From Candidatus Poribacteria bacterium (GTDB lineage Bacteria > Poribacteria > WGA-4E > GCA-2687025): a stretch of 64,000 bases of DNA. This document shows, piece by piece, positions 19,089-29,595 of the stretch. Position numbers and translations under genes: made by a program. The stretch covers positions 672,001 to 736,000 of the forward strand of contig OY762492.1 in assembly GCA_963665845.2 (NCBI GenBank). Direction: 5' to 3'. Below the pieces are notes generated by a model, which did no database searches, was not told the DNA's origin, and saw only the letters and a list, made by a program, of their open reading frames with translations. The first letter of the stretch is position 1. Each line of letters begins with the position of its first letter.

Positions 19089-20485
19089 GAGCGTTGATTG
19101 TGGACGATGAAGAGACGCAGCGCATACTCTTACAGCGCCATCTCAACGCGGTCGGATACGAAGCGCAAACGGCAGAAAGCGCCGAAGCCGCTCTCAACGC
19201 CATGCGCGACTTTCCCGTCGATCTGGTCGTGACCGACATCCGCATGCCCGGCGAAATGGACGGGCGCGGTCTGCTCGCCAAGATACGCGAGATGGACCCC
19301 GACCTGCCCGTCATCGTTATGACCGCCTACTCCAACCTGCAAGACGCGGTCGACCTGTTGACGCAGCAGGGCGCTTTCTACTACATCGAGAAACCGATCG
19401 ATGACATCGGACTGCTGGAACGGGTCATGGCGCGCGCCGTTGAGAATCGGCGGCTGTCCGCCGCGCATCGTTCCAACGGAGACGAAAGCGGCTTCGAGGA
19501 AATGGTCGGCAATTCGGAGCCGATGCGCCAGCTGCGTCAGGAAATGAAACGGCTGCTCCCGTTTCTAGGCAGTCCCGCCACCGTCCTGCTGACCGGCGAA
19601 AGCGGCGCCGGCAAAGACCTCGCCGCCCGCCTGCTTCATCAATACAGCCCGCGCCGCTCAGGCCCGTTCGTCCCGGTGAACTGCGGCGCCATACCCATAA
19701 GCCTCATGGAATCGGAGCTGTTCGGCTCGGTCAAAGGCGCGTTCACAGGGGCGGACGAAGCGCGCGTCGGCTTCTTTGAGGCGGCGGACGGCGGAATCAT
19801 CTTTTTAGACGAAATCGCCGAACTGCCGCTAGAAACGCAGGCGAAGTTCCTGCGCGTTCTGGATAACCGCGAATTCAGCCGCGTCGGCGCCTCCAGTCCG
19901 CAGACGGTCAACGCATGCGTCATCGCCGCGACAAACCAAAACCTAGAAGCGTATGTCAAAGAGAACCGCTTTCGAGAAGACCTGTACTACCGCCTGAACG
20001 CGCTGCGCATTCATGTGCCGCCGCTCCGAGAGCGCCAAGACGACATCCCTGCGCTGTGCCGCTTTCTCATGGACCGCTTTATAAAAGCCTCCAAGCTGCC
20101 GCCAAAATCGATAGAGGAGGATGCGTTGGCGGAGCTGCGCCGTTTCACTTGGCCTGGGAATGTGCGCCAGTTAGACCATTATCTTCGGCAGGCGCTGGTG
20201 ATGAGCGACAGCGAGACGATACGGGTTGAAGACCTGCCGGCGGAACGCGCGGCGTCCGGTTTTCAGGAGGCGCCGTCCTTTCTGCGCGAGGCGCTGGAGC
20301 GGGAGATGTCGCTCAACGACATTGAGCGGGAGATACTGATTGCGGCGCTTGACCACGCGGAAGGCAATATCACCGCCGCGGCGGAAATGCTGGGCGTAAC
20401 ACGGCGCAAATTCCGATACCGGATGGATAAACACAACCTAGAGGCTCCGAACGGAAACGGCGGCGATGATGAACATGACTCCTGA
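19085..20485 (+). CDS. Sigma54-dependent response regulator (NtrC family)
   Basis: Receiver domain (VDDE, DIRMP); GESGAGK, GAFTGA, FLDEI and WPGNVRQL; Fis-type HTH. Confidence 0.95.
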   Translation: MRALIVDDEETQRILLQRHLNAVGYEAQTAESAEAALNAMRDFPVDLVVTDIRMPGEMDGRGLLAKIREMDPDLPVIVMTAYSNLQDAVDLLTQQGAFYYIEKPIDDIGLLERVMARAVENRRLSAAHRSNGDESGFEEMVGNSEPMRQLRQEMKRLLPFLGSPATVLLTGESGAGKDLAARLLHQYSPRRSGPFVPVNCGAIPISLMESELFGSVKGAFTGADEARVGFFEAADGGIIFLDEIAELPLETQAKFLRVLDNREFSRVGASSPQTVNACVIAATNQNLEAYVKENRFREDLYYRLNALRIHVPPLRERQDDIPALCRFLMDRFIKASKLPPKSIEEDALAELRRFTWPGNVRQLDHYLRQALVMSDSETIRVEDLPAERAASGFQEAPSFLREALEREMSLNDIEREILIAALDHAEGNITAAAEMLGVTRRKFRYRMDKHNLEAPNGNGGDDEHDS

Positions 20486-20506
20486 AACAGACGCGCGCCG
20501 ACCCCT

Positions 20507-20768
20507 CGCAAGCGGGAATCTTAGCCGCCGTCTGAACTAGGATTGCCAAGATTAAAAGGAGAGGTAGGATTATGGAGAACGCGCTGCGCCGACAGACCGT
20601 CATTCCCGCGCAAGCGGGAATCCAGAGGGGCCGCAAACCCCGTTTGCATCCGGCAAAAACGGTCATCCCACCTGCCGTCATTCCCGCGCAAGCGGGAATC
20701 CAGAGGCGCCGCAGACGACGTCCGCGTTCGCCCGCCGACATGTCCCAACTTAAGACGTGAGGTCAGGA
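20507..20768 (+). repeat. Composite intergenic repeat cluster: two CGTC-type palindromes, partial TGAACTAGG element and TCCCAACT tail
   Basis: CGTCATTCCCGCGCAAGCGGGAATC at 20598 and 20676; partial copy at 20507. Confidence 0.85.
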
Positions 20769-21079
20769 AAATCCCCCTTGCCCCTTACAAAACGCGGGAA
20801 ATCTAGGAAGTCGCCGCGCCCGCCGATTGAGCGGCGGCTAAGACGCGCAATCTGAAACATGAGCAGGTAGTCGCATGATTTTTTCCAGCCGCCTTCCTTG
20901 AAGCCCGCCAATTCCGAAATATTGCCGATCTTCCCGAGGTTCACTGCAACCAGATCGGAAGGCGCGTCAAATAACCGAACCTGATGGTCTTGATCTTTAA
21001 GAACGAGATCGCCATCTTTCGGCGCCGAGACGACTTTACTGATCAGAATCTCTTTCAGGCGTTCCGCGGAAATTGGCAA
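20750..21079 (-). pseudogene. Probably truncated partner of the AAA ATPase
   Basis: Starts immediately after the ATPase stop; natural-looking sequence to KKSCDYLL, then runs into repeat DNA. Confidence 0.5.
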
Positions 21080-22453
21080 TTACTTTTCCCGGTTAGCCCA
21101 GACATGCTCAGCCAGCGCGCCTGCCCGTCGGTTGACCTTGTTGATCGTCTCGTCAAAATTCGGGTAATCGATCCCGTAGTCGTTCATATCGCATAGCGTC
21201 AAGCCGTTGTTTTCAGCGATATAGGCGCGGACCTGGTCGGCGTCCAAACATTCGCCCTCGTCGTATCCGTATTTTTTGGCGACCCGCTCTTTGTCTCGGA
21301 AATCCCTGCCCAGCATGATCAGGTTGTTGAACTCCTTGGCGATGTAATCGCTGTGCGTCGTGATCAAAACCTTCACCCCCGACCGCACCAGCCGCGCCAG
21401 CAAACGCGCCATCTCAATCTGGTTCTCCGTGTCCAGATGCGCCTCCGGCTCATCCACCATGAGAAGCTGTCCCGCTTTGGCGGCATGGCGGATGTAAAAA
21501 TACATATCTGACAGCCCCCGCGCCGACGAAGACGCTCGATACAACGGCAGGTTGAACCGCTTCTCTTTGCGCGCTGTTGAGACGAATCGGACGCCGCCGC
21601 TTTCGACGCGGAAGTAGCCGTTCATCATGCGCTTGATGTCGTCATGCCGCTTCTGTTCATACAACCCGCTTTTCTGGTCTGTCAATTCGGGGATGTCGCG
21701 CGTGTAATTGATGTTGTCCTGGATCGGGCGGGCGTATCGGCTGGACACTTTCTCGATCAGGTTATATGGGTATAGCAACTCGTTTTTTTTCTTGCCGGCG
21801 TCGAACGCCATCTGCTGCAGCGTCCTCACCATCTCGTTTCTTGCTAAATCGAGTTCGCGGTGAAAAAGCGAAATGCTGAACCGCTCGCTTGTCAGAATAA
21901 ACGGGTCAAGCAAAAACTCTGGGAATGCGATGGAGAGATAGTGAAAAGCAAGATAAAGCTCATCATCGCTGTCGTTGGCAAACATGATCAGCTTTCCGTC
22001 ATCATGCTTAAAAGACAATAGCGGGTTCTCAAACTGCTCGGGATCTAAGTCTGGGGGATCGCCCAGCTGAACAGCGACGGAGGCGTTCTCAAACGCTTCA
22101 GAATCTGCGCTGAACACGCCGGGCAACTGATGCGCTGAATAGTCTTGCGCGATCTGTTGAATGAGCTCCGTTCGACGCCGCTGCAGCGCTTCTGGATCGG
22201 TCGGCAGCTTGAGCATTCCCGCTTTGCGAGCTTTCTCGGCAAGTTGATAGAGCGGGCTGACCTTCATGCTGATAGGATCTAGCATGACGGGATAAAGCCA
22301 TCCTCTCAAAAAGCCGTAAAGCGCGTAGGCAACATACGTCTTGCCGGTATTGTTGCGCCCGGCGATGATCGTCAGGTCGCCCAGCTCCAGCTCGGCGTCT
22401 TTGATGGGTCCGAGGTTTTGAAATCGAAATGTCGGGCGGGAGTCGTTGTTCAT
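21080..22453 (-). CDS. AAA_15/AAA_21-type ABC-like ATPase
   Basis: NLGPIKDA, Walker A GRNNTGKT, degenerate signature ASSSAR, Walker B MVDEPEAHL and ITTHSDY; start taken at MNNDSR. Confidence 0.85.
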   Translation of the reverse strand: MNNDSRPTFRFQNLGPIKDAELELGDLTIIAGRNNTGKTYVAYALYGFLRGWLYPVMLDPISMKVSPLYQLAEKARKAGMLKLPTDPEALQRRRTELIQQIAQDYSAHQLPGVFSADSEAFENASVAVQLGDPPDLDPEQFENPLLSFKHDDGKLIMFANDSDDELYLAFHYLSIAFPEFLLDPFILTSERFSISLFHRELDLARNEMVRTLQQMAFDAGKKKNELLYPYNLIEKVSSRYARPIQDNINYTRDIPELTDQKSGLYEQKRHDDIKRMMNGYFRVESGGVRFVSTARKEKRFNLPLYRASSSARGLSDMYFYIRHAAKAGQLLMVDEPEAHLDTENQIEMARLLARLVRSGVKVLITTHSDYIAKEFNNLIMLGRDFRDKERVAKKYGYDEGECLDADQVRAYIAENNGLTLCDMNDYGIDYPNFDETINKVNRRAGALAEHVWANREK

Positions 22454-22567
22454 GCCGCTGTCCCTCCGCGTTTGTTTTGCCGCTTTGCCTGCGCTCAACA
22501 TGATAGCGCCTGCCGCCTCTTTTGCGCAAATCGGCGCGCCTTTTTGCCGTTCGCTTTTCCCCAAAAC

Positions 22568-22596
22568 TTGCCTTCCGCGTTCAAGCGCGTTATGCT
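22568..22596 (+). promoter_or_regulatory. Putative sigma70 promoter of rpsD
   Basis: TTGCCT-17 nt-TATGCT. Confidence 0.5.
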
Positions 22597-22635
22597 TAAC
22601 CAAAACAGACGCACTCAACAGGTTAGGCGCACCAT

Positions 22636-23250
22636 ATGATTCGCGGAAAACAGCCCAAACATAAAATATGCAGACGCGCAGGATTCTGCCTCTGGAACAA
22701 GCCGACATGCCCCGCCTCCAGAGACCGCCAGCACGGCCCCGGCGAACATGGACGGCAAAACTACCGGCGCACCGACTACTCGCGCATCCTCCTAGAAAAG
22801 CAGAAACTGCGCTACACCTACAACATCACCGAAAAGCAGTTTCGCCGCACCTTCAACGCGGCGAAGCGCATGCGCGGCGTCACCGCCGAAAATCTGATTG
22901 GTCTGCTGGAAAGCCGTCTCGACTCGGTCGTTTTGCGCGCCGGGTTCGCCTTCTCGCCGTTTCAGGCGCGTCAGCTGGTGTCGCACGGGCATTTTCTTTT
23001 GGACGGCGCCAAAGCGACCATTCCGTCCATGCGCGTCAAGCCGGGGCAGACGATCGCCATCCGCGAAAAGTCGCGCGGACAGGAATGGGCGCAGATCGCC
23101 TCCGAACGGCTCGGCGAACGCCCCGTGCCGTACATCTCATGCGACCCGGACGCCATGACCGCGATTTTTGAAAGCGTCCCCGGCAGCCAAGAGGTTCCCA
23201 TCGGAGCCATCGACATTCAGCAGACCGTTTCGTTTTACTCGCGCGTGTAA
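22636..23250 (+). CDS. rpsD: 30S ribosomal protein S4
   Basis: PGEHG, LLEKQKLR..Y..EKQF, LLESRLD, ARQLVSHGH and C-terminal FYSR. Confidence 0.95.
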   Translation: MIRGKQPKHKICRRAGFCLWNKPTCPASRDRQHGPGEHGRQNYRRTDYSRILLEKQKLRYTYNITEKQFRRTFNAAKRMRGVTAENLIGLLESRLDSVVLRAGFAFSPFQARQLVSHGHFLLDGAKATIPSMRVKPGQTIAIREKSRGQEWAQIASERLGERPVPYISCDPDAMTAIFESVPGSQEVPIGAIDIQQTVSFYSRV

Positions 23251-23304
23251 ACATGCGCGCGCTTTCGGCAACGGCTTTCTCGCGCTAAATGGAGACTTCG
23301 CCGT

Positions 23305-26300
23305 ATGAAACGCCGCTTGCGCATCATCATTATCGCGGCAACAACGCTGCTCATTGCAGTCGTGTTGGCAGTCTATGTACGCACCGGCGCGTTTCATAGC
23401 CATCTCCCCGGTCTGATCGAAAAACAGATTGCTAAGGCGCTCGGCGTGGAGGCGGACGTCGCCAATCTTGAAAAAACGCGCTACGGCGCCCTGGATCTCC
23501 ACGTCACGCTGCATCGCGGCGAACGAGAATCGATTCTAGACGCGCACCATGCCAACGTCTCTTATGAGCTGATCCCGCCGCGCATCCAGCGCATTGAGAT
23601 CGAGAGGGCGCATCTGAACATAATCCGCCGAGAAGATGGAACGCTGAACATCGACCCGATACTGAACCGCCCCGCCGGCGGAGGTTCCCCCCCGCCCATT
23701 TCGTTCGGCGCCGTTCATTTGCGCGAATTGAGCCTGAACTATGAGGACAAGCTGGACGGCTGGCTAGCCTATCTTTCGGAGGTGGAGACGGCTCTTCCGG
23801 CGGAAAAACCGCTTCGTCTAGACGAGCCGCGCCCCCTTAGCCTCAACAGCGGAAAATGGTATGTGGCGACAAAGACGGGGGTTTTGAATTTGGACGGCGC
23901 CTCTCTAAAGGGCGAACTGAACGAAGACGGGCTGCGCATCGACGAAATGCGCGTCGACGGCGAGGGGTTTCAATTTCGCGCCGAGGGACTCCTTGACCCT
24001 GACGGAAACGCCGATATAAAGGCGGGCGGCGCCTTTCAGCTGCAGAAGCTGGCCGTCTTTGCGCCCGATCTGCTGAAAGGGGCGTCCGGCTCCGTCGCGC
24101 TAAAAGACGGGCGAATATCCGGCAGCATGTCCGACCTGCGCTTTGAGGGCGAGTGGGACCTGTCCGACAGCGTCTTTCTCGGCGCGCGCATGAAAGGAAC
24201 GGGGCGCGTCAAAGGCGGCATAGAACAGGCGCAGCTGGACGGCGTCCGCCTGCTTCTATGGGGCGGAGAGGTCGACATGTCGGTCCAAACAGGCGCCTCC
24301 TCCACCATAAAGGGAGAGGCGCGGGGCGTCCGTTTGAGCGAACTTGCCGCCTACTTATACCCAGAGAATGAACAGCTGCATGGGCTGGAAGGGCATGCGA
24401 GCGGAACGTTCGAGGCGGCGTTTGAGGAGGGCGTTCTCGCCGCGTCCAGCGGAACATTCCGCATCGAAGGCTTGCCGTATATAAACGGCGAGGCGCGTGT
24501 GACGCACCTTGTAAAAGACCGCAAATATGTTGTTGAGTTGAGCGCGGACGGCTTGAGCGCGCGCCTGGACGGCGAGCTGGACGAATCGGGCGCCGCATCC
24601 TCCTACCGCGCTGTAGTTTCGGGCGAGAATCTGGAGACGCTTGCGCGCGGCTTCGGCGAGACCGCTTCAGGACGCTTTGAGCTGCGCGCCGAGTCGATCA
24701 ACGGAACGGACGATTCGCGCGTCTGGGCGGAGCTGAACGAAGGCTCCGCGCGCGGATGGGCGGCGCCTTCCGCGAAGCTTCAGGGCGTCTGGCGTCCTGA
24801 AGCGCGCCTGTTCGAGTCCGCTTCTTTAGAGATGCGCTCTGGAGCCGGTTCTTTTTTGGTTAAAGGCTCCGCCTCGTTTCCTGAAGATGGACAGCCCCGC
24901 GTCGATATGGAGGCGGAAGCGGCCGACTTCGACTTGAGCCTGTATGCCGAGACGCTCGGTTTTTTGTCGGGGAAGATGTCGGCGCGCGGACCGGTGGACG
25001 CTTTGGACGGATCGGGCGCGTTTCAGCTTTCAGGCGGCGCGGTTGAAATGGACGCGGCGGAATTCACCATAACCCAAGGCAGCCTCCACGCCCCAACCAT
25101 GCGCGGACGGGCGGGCGGCGTCCCCTGGACGGGAGAAGCGAACGGCGATAGGTTCGCCTTCCGACTTGAACGGGCGGCAGATCTTTCAGAGGCGGCGGCT
25201 CTCTTGCCGGCGGAAGCGCGCGCGGCGGTACAGCAGGCGGACGGGCGCGTTCATCTTCAGGTTGAAGGCGCCGGCGGGCGGATACAGGCGGGTCTGCGTC
25301 TTGAAGACGGGAGCGCATACGGCGTACCTCTCGGCGATGGAAACGTTGAAGCGGTTTATGAGGCGGGAAATCTCGCCGTCAAAGGCGCCCTAGACAACGG
25401 CCAATGCGCCTTCGATCTGACCGCCGAGCTGAAAAAAGACGCCGCCCCGTTCCAAGGGGAGATGCGTTTTCAAGAGATGGACGTCTCCGCCCTTGCCCAA
25501 CAATACGCCCCTGGTATCCGTTCCGCGGCGTTCACAGCCAATATCAATATCGATGGCGATCTCCGCTTGCCTGCCGAGGCGGCCGCGGAGGTTTCCGTCC
25601 AGTCGGCGCGCTTTGCGTCTGACAGCGCCGTCATCACAGCGGCTCCCTTCTCCGCCTCTTTTTCGAACGGGTCGATGCAGCTGCGCGATTTTGAGCTTCG
25701 CGCCGAAGAGAACAGCCCTCCGTTTCATCTTCTGGCGAACGCGCGCATCCATCAAGACAGCTCCCTGTGCGCCAGCCTCAACGCGCCAAGCATCGACCTG
25801 CAGACAGCCGCGGCGCTGATGGGAACGCCCTCGCCGGCGGAGGGAGTCGGCGCCTTCGCGCTGTCCGTATCTGGTACCGCGGACGATCCGATCATCGAAA
25901 CGTCATGGAACGTCGACCGTCTCGCTTTGCGCCTTCGCCCTGACGGAAACCCGCTTTACGTCAACAACATCGAAGGAGTCGCCCGTTGTCAAAACGGCGC
26001 CGTGTCGATAGACCGCGCCGTCTGGTCTCTCGGCGCCGGCTCCGCCTCGTTGAGCGGCAGTCTCCCGCTTCTTTTTTCGTTAAAGGAAGAGCCGCGCCTC
26101 GAATGGTCGCCGGACGCGCCGATGGACATACGCGCCGAATGGAGCCGTCTAGACATGTCCGCGCTTCTGGCGCCGTTCCCCGATTGGGAGGCGGAAAGCG
26201 GCGCGCTGTCGGGAAAGGCGCATTTGAACGGAACGCTGACAGAGCCGATCTTAACGGGAGACGCGCGGCTCCACTTCGCCCAGTTGGCCGTCCCTGAACG

Positions 26301-29300
26301 CGCGCCCATTAAGGACGGGACGGCAAGCGTCCAGCTGCGGCTTGAAGCGAATCAGCTGACGGCGCGGGATGTCGATATCAGCGGATCGTTCGGTTCCTCT
26401 TCCGCCAAATGCGGAGGTTGGGCGCGCGTTCCGTTTCAGCTTTATCCGTTTCCGTCCGCGCTGGATCTGGACAGCGTCCAGGCTTCTCTGCGCATCGAAT
26501 CGCCCATGTTGCGCCTTTCGGACGCGCTCGCTCTCCTCGGCGAAGGCGACTCGCTGGTCAAAGCGGAAGCGGCAGGCGTTGTGGACATTCAACTGAACGG
26601 ACTGGATCTTCGCGCCGCCGAGATGCGCGCCGACTTGACCCGACTGGAAGCGGAAAACGGCGGCGTACGGCTTGTCAACGACGGAGCCGCCCGCCTCCGT
26701 TATGAGCGCGGAACCGCCTACATCAACGAACTCCGCCTAAAAGGAAACGAGCAGACGCTCGAAGCGTCCGGATGGATCGACGACGCCGAGCGGTTCGACC
26801 TTCAAGCGGCGGCAGAGAACCTGAACCTGGAACTGATGCGCGGATTGACGCCGTTTGAAACGGAGCCGCTTGGACGTTTGAGCGGAAGCGCATCAATACG
26901 AGGCTCTTTGGCGCAGCCGCAGTTTGACGCAAACTGGACAATCGCCGACGGCGCCTACGACGCCATCAAGTTTGACGCCTTCACAGGAAGCGTTTCATAC
27001 GACGGCGCCCTGCTCTCGCTGAACGGATGGGAGCTGACATCCGGCGCCAACAAGCTGAACGTGGACGGGTTCGCGCCCGCGAGCCTCAGCTGGAGCGGCG
27101 GAAAGGCGGCCGCCCGTTTAAACGAAGAACCGATGCGCCTCTCCATCAACGCCGATTCGTTCGACATCAGCTTCTTCCCGCTCTTCTTGACGCAGCTGAA
27201 GGAAGCGTCCGGGCTTGGCGCGCTTGACCTCAAAATCGAAGGACCTGCGCAAAAGCCGAGCCTGACCGGCTCCGTCATCCTAGAAAACGGCGAGATCGCG
27301 CTCGCATACGAAAACATACGTCTAGAAAACGTTTCAGGGCGAATCGAGGCGGAACCGGAAACGATTGCGCTCCGCAGCTTTCAATTCACCGCAGACGGCG
27401 GAACCTACCGCCTCGGCGGACAAGACTCGCCGACCGTCATGTCGATGGAGGGCTTGACGCCGAATCAGCTGCAGATGACGGTCAAATTTGCGGACGCGCG
27501 CGTTGAATCGTGGCTGCCGAAACTGGACATCGAAACGCGCCTCGCGGGGCATGCGACCGTTTCTATCGATGTGAGAAGCTTGTCAAGGCGGGCGGCGGAA
27601 GGCGACTGGGAAGCCGCCGTAATGCAGGCGCTCAAAAGCTCCAACGGCAGAGCCGAACTGACCGAAGCGGCAATACAATGGGGCGAACGGCAAGCCTCCA
27701 TCGTGGAGCCGATGAGCCTGTCGTTCAACATGGGCGCCTTCCGCCTCAACAAAACGGATATACGAATCGGCAGCCTGTTTCATCTGACCGCGTCCGGCGT
27801 ATGGGAGCTGGACGGCGAAGTGAACGCGCCGATAGACGGGTATATTTCCGCCGCGCTTCTCCAAAGCGAACTCAATAAACGGCTCGGATGGGCGCCCGAT
27901 ATGGAGGGGCGGGTTGAATTCGCCGGCGCCGTCGGCGGAACCGGCGGAAGCCCAAACGGAACGCTCGCCCTTCAAAGCGTCGGCTTGCGCGTCGGCGGCA
28001 TCGGCATCGGCGGACGGCTTGAATTTGCGGGCGCCATCGACGGAGCAGAACCGAACCCAACAGGCTTTCTAAACGTTCAAGGCGTTGATCTGCGCGTCGG
28101 CGGGGTGGCTATCGAAAACGCGAGGGCGGCGCTGGAAAGCCGAAACGGAATGCTCAAAATGACCAACAGTGGATTCAACGCCGCCGAAAATGTCATCGAG
28201 ATGGGCGGAGAGATGCCGCTGAAAGGCGGACTCGATTTTGAACTGGACGCCAACATACAGCGGCTCGACATACTGCCGCTCATCTTTCCGTCTGTTGCCC
28301 AGGCGTCGGGGTACGGTTCTTTTAATTTAAGCGTCGGTGGAACCTTTGAGGCGCCGCGCTTCAAATGGCTCGCCCAGCTGGACGGTCTCGCCCTGAACAT
28401 CCCCGACGCGGATGTTGATTTCAGCGGCGGAAGTCTGCGCATCTTGACTGAAGACGGCAGGGCGCGCCTCCAAAGATTGAACGGAGCTTTAAACGGAGGC
28501 GTACTCCAAAAAACGGACGGCAGAGAAAGCGTCGTCGATTGGAACGCCGGCTCCCCGACAGCGGATCTCTCTTTTAAAGTGGAAGGCGCGTCGTTCAACA
28601 ACCCGACCGAGGGCATCTCTTTCCAGATAGAAACCGGCTCGCTGCGCGCCTATGGACCGATGGACGGCATGACCCTAGGAGGCTCCGTCAGCCTCGCCGC
28701 GTTTCAATTCCAGCGCGGACTGGGCGACATGCTGCGCGATTTCCTCGCCGCCGAAGCCCTGCACTACAAAGAGGCGCGCTACGAGTATCCGATCCTGCGC
28801 GAAATGGCGCTTGACATACAGGTTCAAGCGGCAAGCGGCGTCGCTCTCGACATCGAGAACGCGCGTTTCACCGCTCTCATTGACGGCAGGCTGGTCGGAC
28901 GGCTCGCCCGCCTCGTCTTTGAGGGGGAGGTTTCCAACATCGCAGGGCGGCTCTCCTCAAACGATCTGCGCAGCTTTCCGCTTTTAAGGCGCGGCTTGAC
29001 GCTGGACGTTCAGGACGGCTCCATTGAAAACCGCAGCGCAACCGTCTTTGATCCGACCTACAACATCAGGGCGTCCACCGTCGATCCGCTGCGCGGCGTC
29101 ATCGTAACCGATACGCAGGGCGTCGAACGCAGGCGCGATGTGGACATCGAGATCGTTTTAGAAGGCAGTTTGAGCCGCCCGTCTCCGATCAATATCACGC
29201 CGTCTGTGCGTAACGCGGAGCCTGGCGAGACCTATGCGCTCACGCGGCAGGAAACGATGGGACTTTTGGCGTTCGGCGATTCGAGAGTGGGCGCGCGCGA

Positions 29301-29595
29301 TGTTGCCGAACTGGGCGTCAGCGCGCTGGCTGGCGGTCTCGGCTCCCAGATCGGGCTTCACCGCCTAGAATTCGATGTGGACGCCGAATCGCCCGCCGAG
29401 ACGCAGGTTCATATCGAGTATAATCCGAAGGAGTTTTTGCCGCGCCTGTTTATCAACTACTCCTCCCTTGTTCAGGTTGGACAGGAGCAGCGCATTGAGT
29501 TCAGTTATGAGGTGAGCGACCGATTTTCCATCACCGGCGAACGCAATGAAGAAGGCAAATACGGCGCCGACCTGCAGTTTTCGCATGAGTTTTAA
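23305..29595 (+). CDS. tamB: TamB/AsmA-like translocation and assembly module protein (2096 aa)
   Basis: N-terminal TM anchor; repeated G.L..P.L.G beta-taco segments; DUF490-like C-terminus ending EF; adjacent to an Omp85 gene. Confidence 0.8.
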   Translation: MKRRLRIIIIAATTLLIAVVLAVYVRTGAFHSHLPGLIEKQIAKALGVEADVANLEKTRYGALDLHVTLHRGERESILDAHHANVSYELIPPRIQRIEIERAHLNIIRREDGTLNIDPILNRPAGGGSPPPISFGAVHLRELSLNYEDKLDGWLAYLSEVETALPAEKPLRLDEPRPLSLNSGKWYVATKTGVLNLDGASLKGELNEDGLRIDEMRVDGEGFQFRAEGLLDPDGNADIKAGGAFQLQKLAVFAPDLLKGASGSVALKDGRISGSMSDLRFEGEWDLSDSVFLGARMKGTGRVKGGIEQAQLDGVRLLLWGGEVDMSVQTGASSTIKGEARGVRLSELAAYLYPENEQLHGLEGHASGTFEAAFEEGVLAASSGTFRIEGLPYINGEARVTHLVKDRKYVVELSADGLSARLDGELDESGAASSYRAVVSGENLETLARGFGETASGRFELRAESINGTDDSRVWAELNEGSARGWAAPSAKLQGVWRPEARLFESASLEMRSGAGSFLVKGSASFPEDGQPRVDMEAEAADFDLSLYAETLGFLSGKMSARGPVDALDGSGAFQLSGGAVEMDAAEFTITQGSLHAPTMRGRAGGVPWTGEANGDRFAFRLERAADLSEAAALLPAEARAAVQQADGRVHLQVEGAGGRIQAGLRLEDGSAYGVPLGDGNVEAVYEAGNLAVKGALDNGQCAFDLTAELKKDAAPFQGEMRFQEMDVSALAQQYAPGIRSAAFTANINIDGDLRLPAEAAAEVSVQSARFASDSAVITAAPFSASFSNGSMQLRDFELRAEENSPPFHLLANARIHQDSSLCASLNAPSIDLQTAAALMGTPSPAEGVGAFALSVSGTADDPIIETSWNVDRLALRLRPDGNPLYVNNIEGVARCQNGAVSIDRAVWSLGAGSASLSGSLPLLFSLKEEPRLEWSPDAPMDIRAEWSRLDMSALLAPFPDWEAESGALSGKAHLNGTLTEPILTGDARLHFAQLAVPERAPIKDGTASVQLRLEANQLTARDVDISGSFGSSSAKCGGWARVPFQLYPFPSALDLDSVQASLRIESPMLRLSDALALLGEGDSLVKAEAAGVVDIQLNGLDLRAAEMRADLTRLEAENGGVRLVNDGAARLRYERGTAYINELRLKGNEQTLEASGWIDDAERFDLQAAAENLNLELMRGLTPFETEPLGRLSGSASIRGSLAQPQFDANWTIADGAYDAIKFDAFTGSVSYDGALLSLNGWELTSGANKLNVDGFAPASLSWSGGKAAARLNEEPMRLSINADSFDISFFPLFLTQLKEASGLGALDLKIEGPAQKPSLTGSVILENGEIALAYENIRLENVSGRIEAEPETIALRSFQFTADGGTYRLGGQDSPTVMSMEGLTPNQLQMTVKFADARVESWLPKLDIETRLAGHATVSIDVRSLSRRAAEGDWEAAVMQALKSSNGRAELTEAAIQWGERQASIVEPMSLSFNMGAFRLNKTDIRIGSLFHLTASGVWELDGEVNAPIDGYISAALLQSELNKRLGWAPDMEGRVEFAGAVGGTGGSPNGTLALQSVGLRVGGIGIGGRLEFAGAIDGAEPNPTGFLNVQGVDLRVGGVAIENARAALESRNGMLKMTNSGFNAAENVIEMGGEMPLKGGLDFELDANIQRLDILPLIFPSVAQASGYGSFNLSVGGTFEAPRFKWLAQLDGLALNIPDADVDFSGGSLRILTEDGRARLQRLNGALNGGVLQKTDGRESVVDWNAGSPTADLSFKVEGASFNNPTEGISFQIETGSLRAYGPMDGMTLGGSVSLAAFQFQRGLGDMLRDFLAAEALHYKEARYEYPILREMALDIQVQAASGVALDIENARFTALIDGRLVGRLARLVFEGEVSNIAGRLSSNDLRSFPLLRRGLTLDVQDGSIENRSATVFDPTYNIRASTVDPLRGVIVTDTQGVERRRDVDIEIVLEGSLSRPSPINITPSVRNAEPGETYALTRQETMGLLAFGDSRVGARDVAELGVSALAGGLGSQIGLHRLEFDVDAESPAETQVHIEYNPKEFLPRLFINYSSLVQVGQEQRIEFSYEVSDRFSITGERNEEGKYGADLQFSHEF

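Noticed and set aside
20370-20806. Small ORFs containing WIPACAGMT or SFPRKRES
   Set aside because: Translations of the palindromic repeat, not genes.
22531-22547. Sigma54 promoter
   Set aside because: GG-to-GC spacing is 11 nt rather than 10; the similar site near 54160 has 12.
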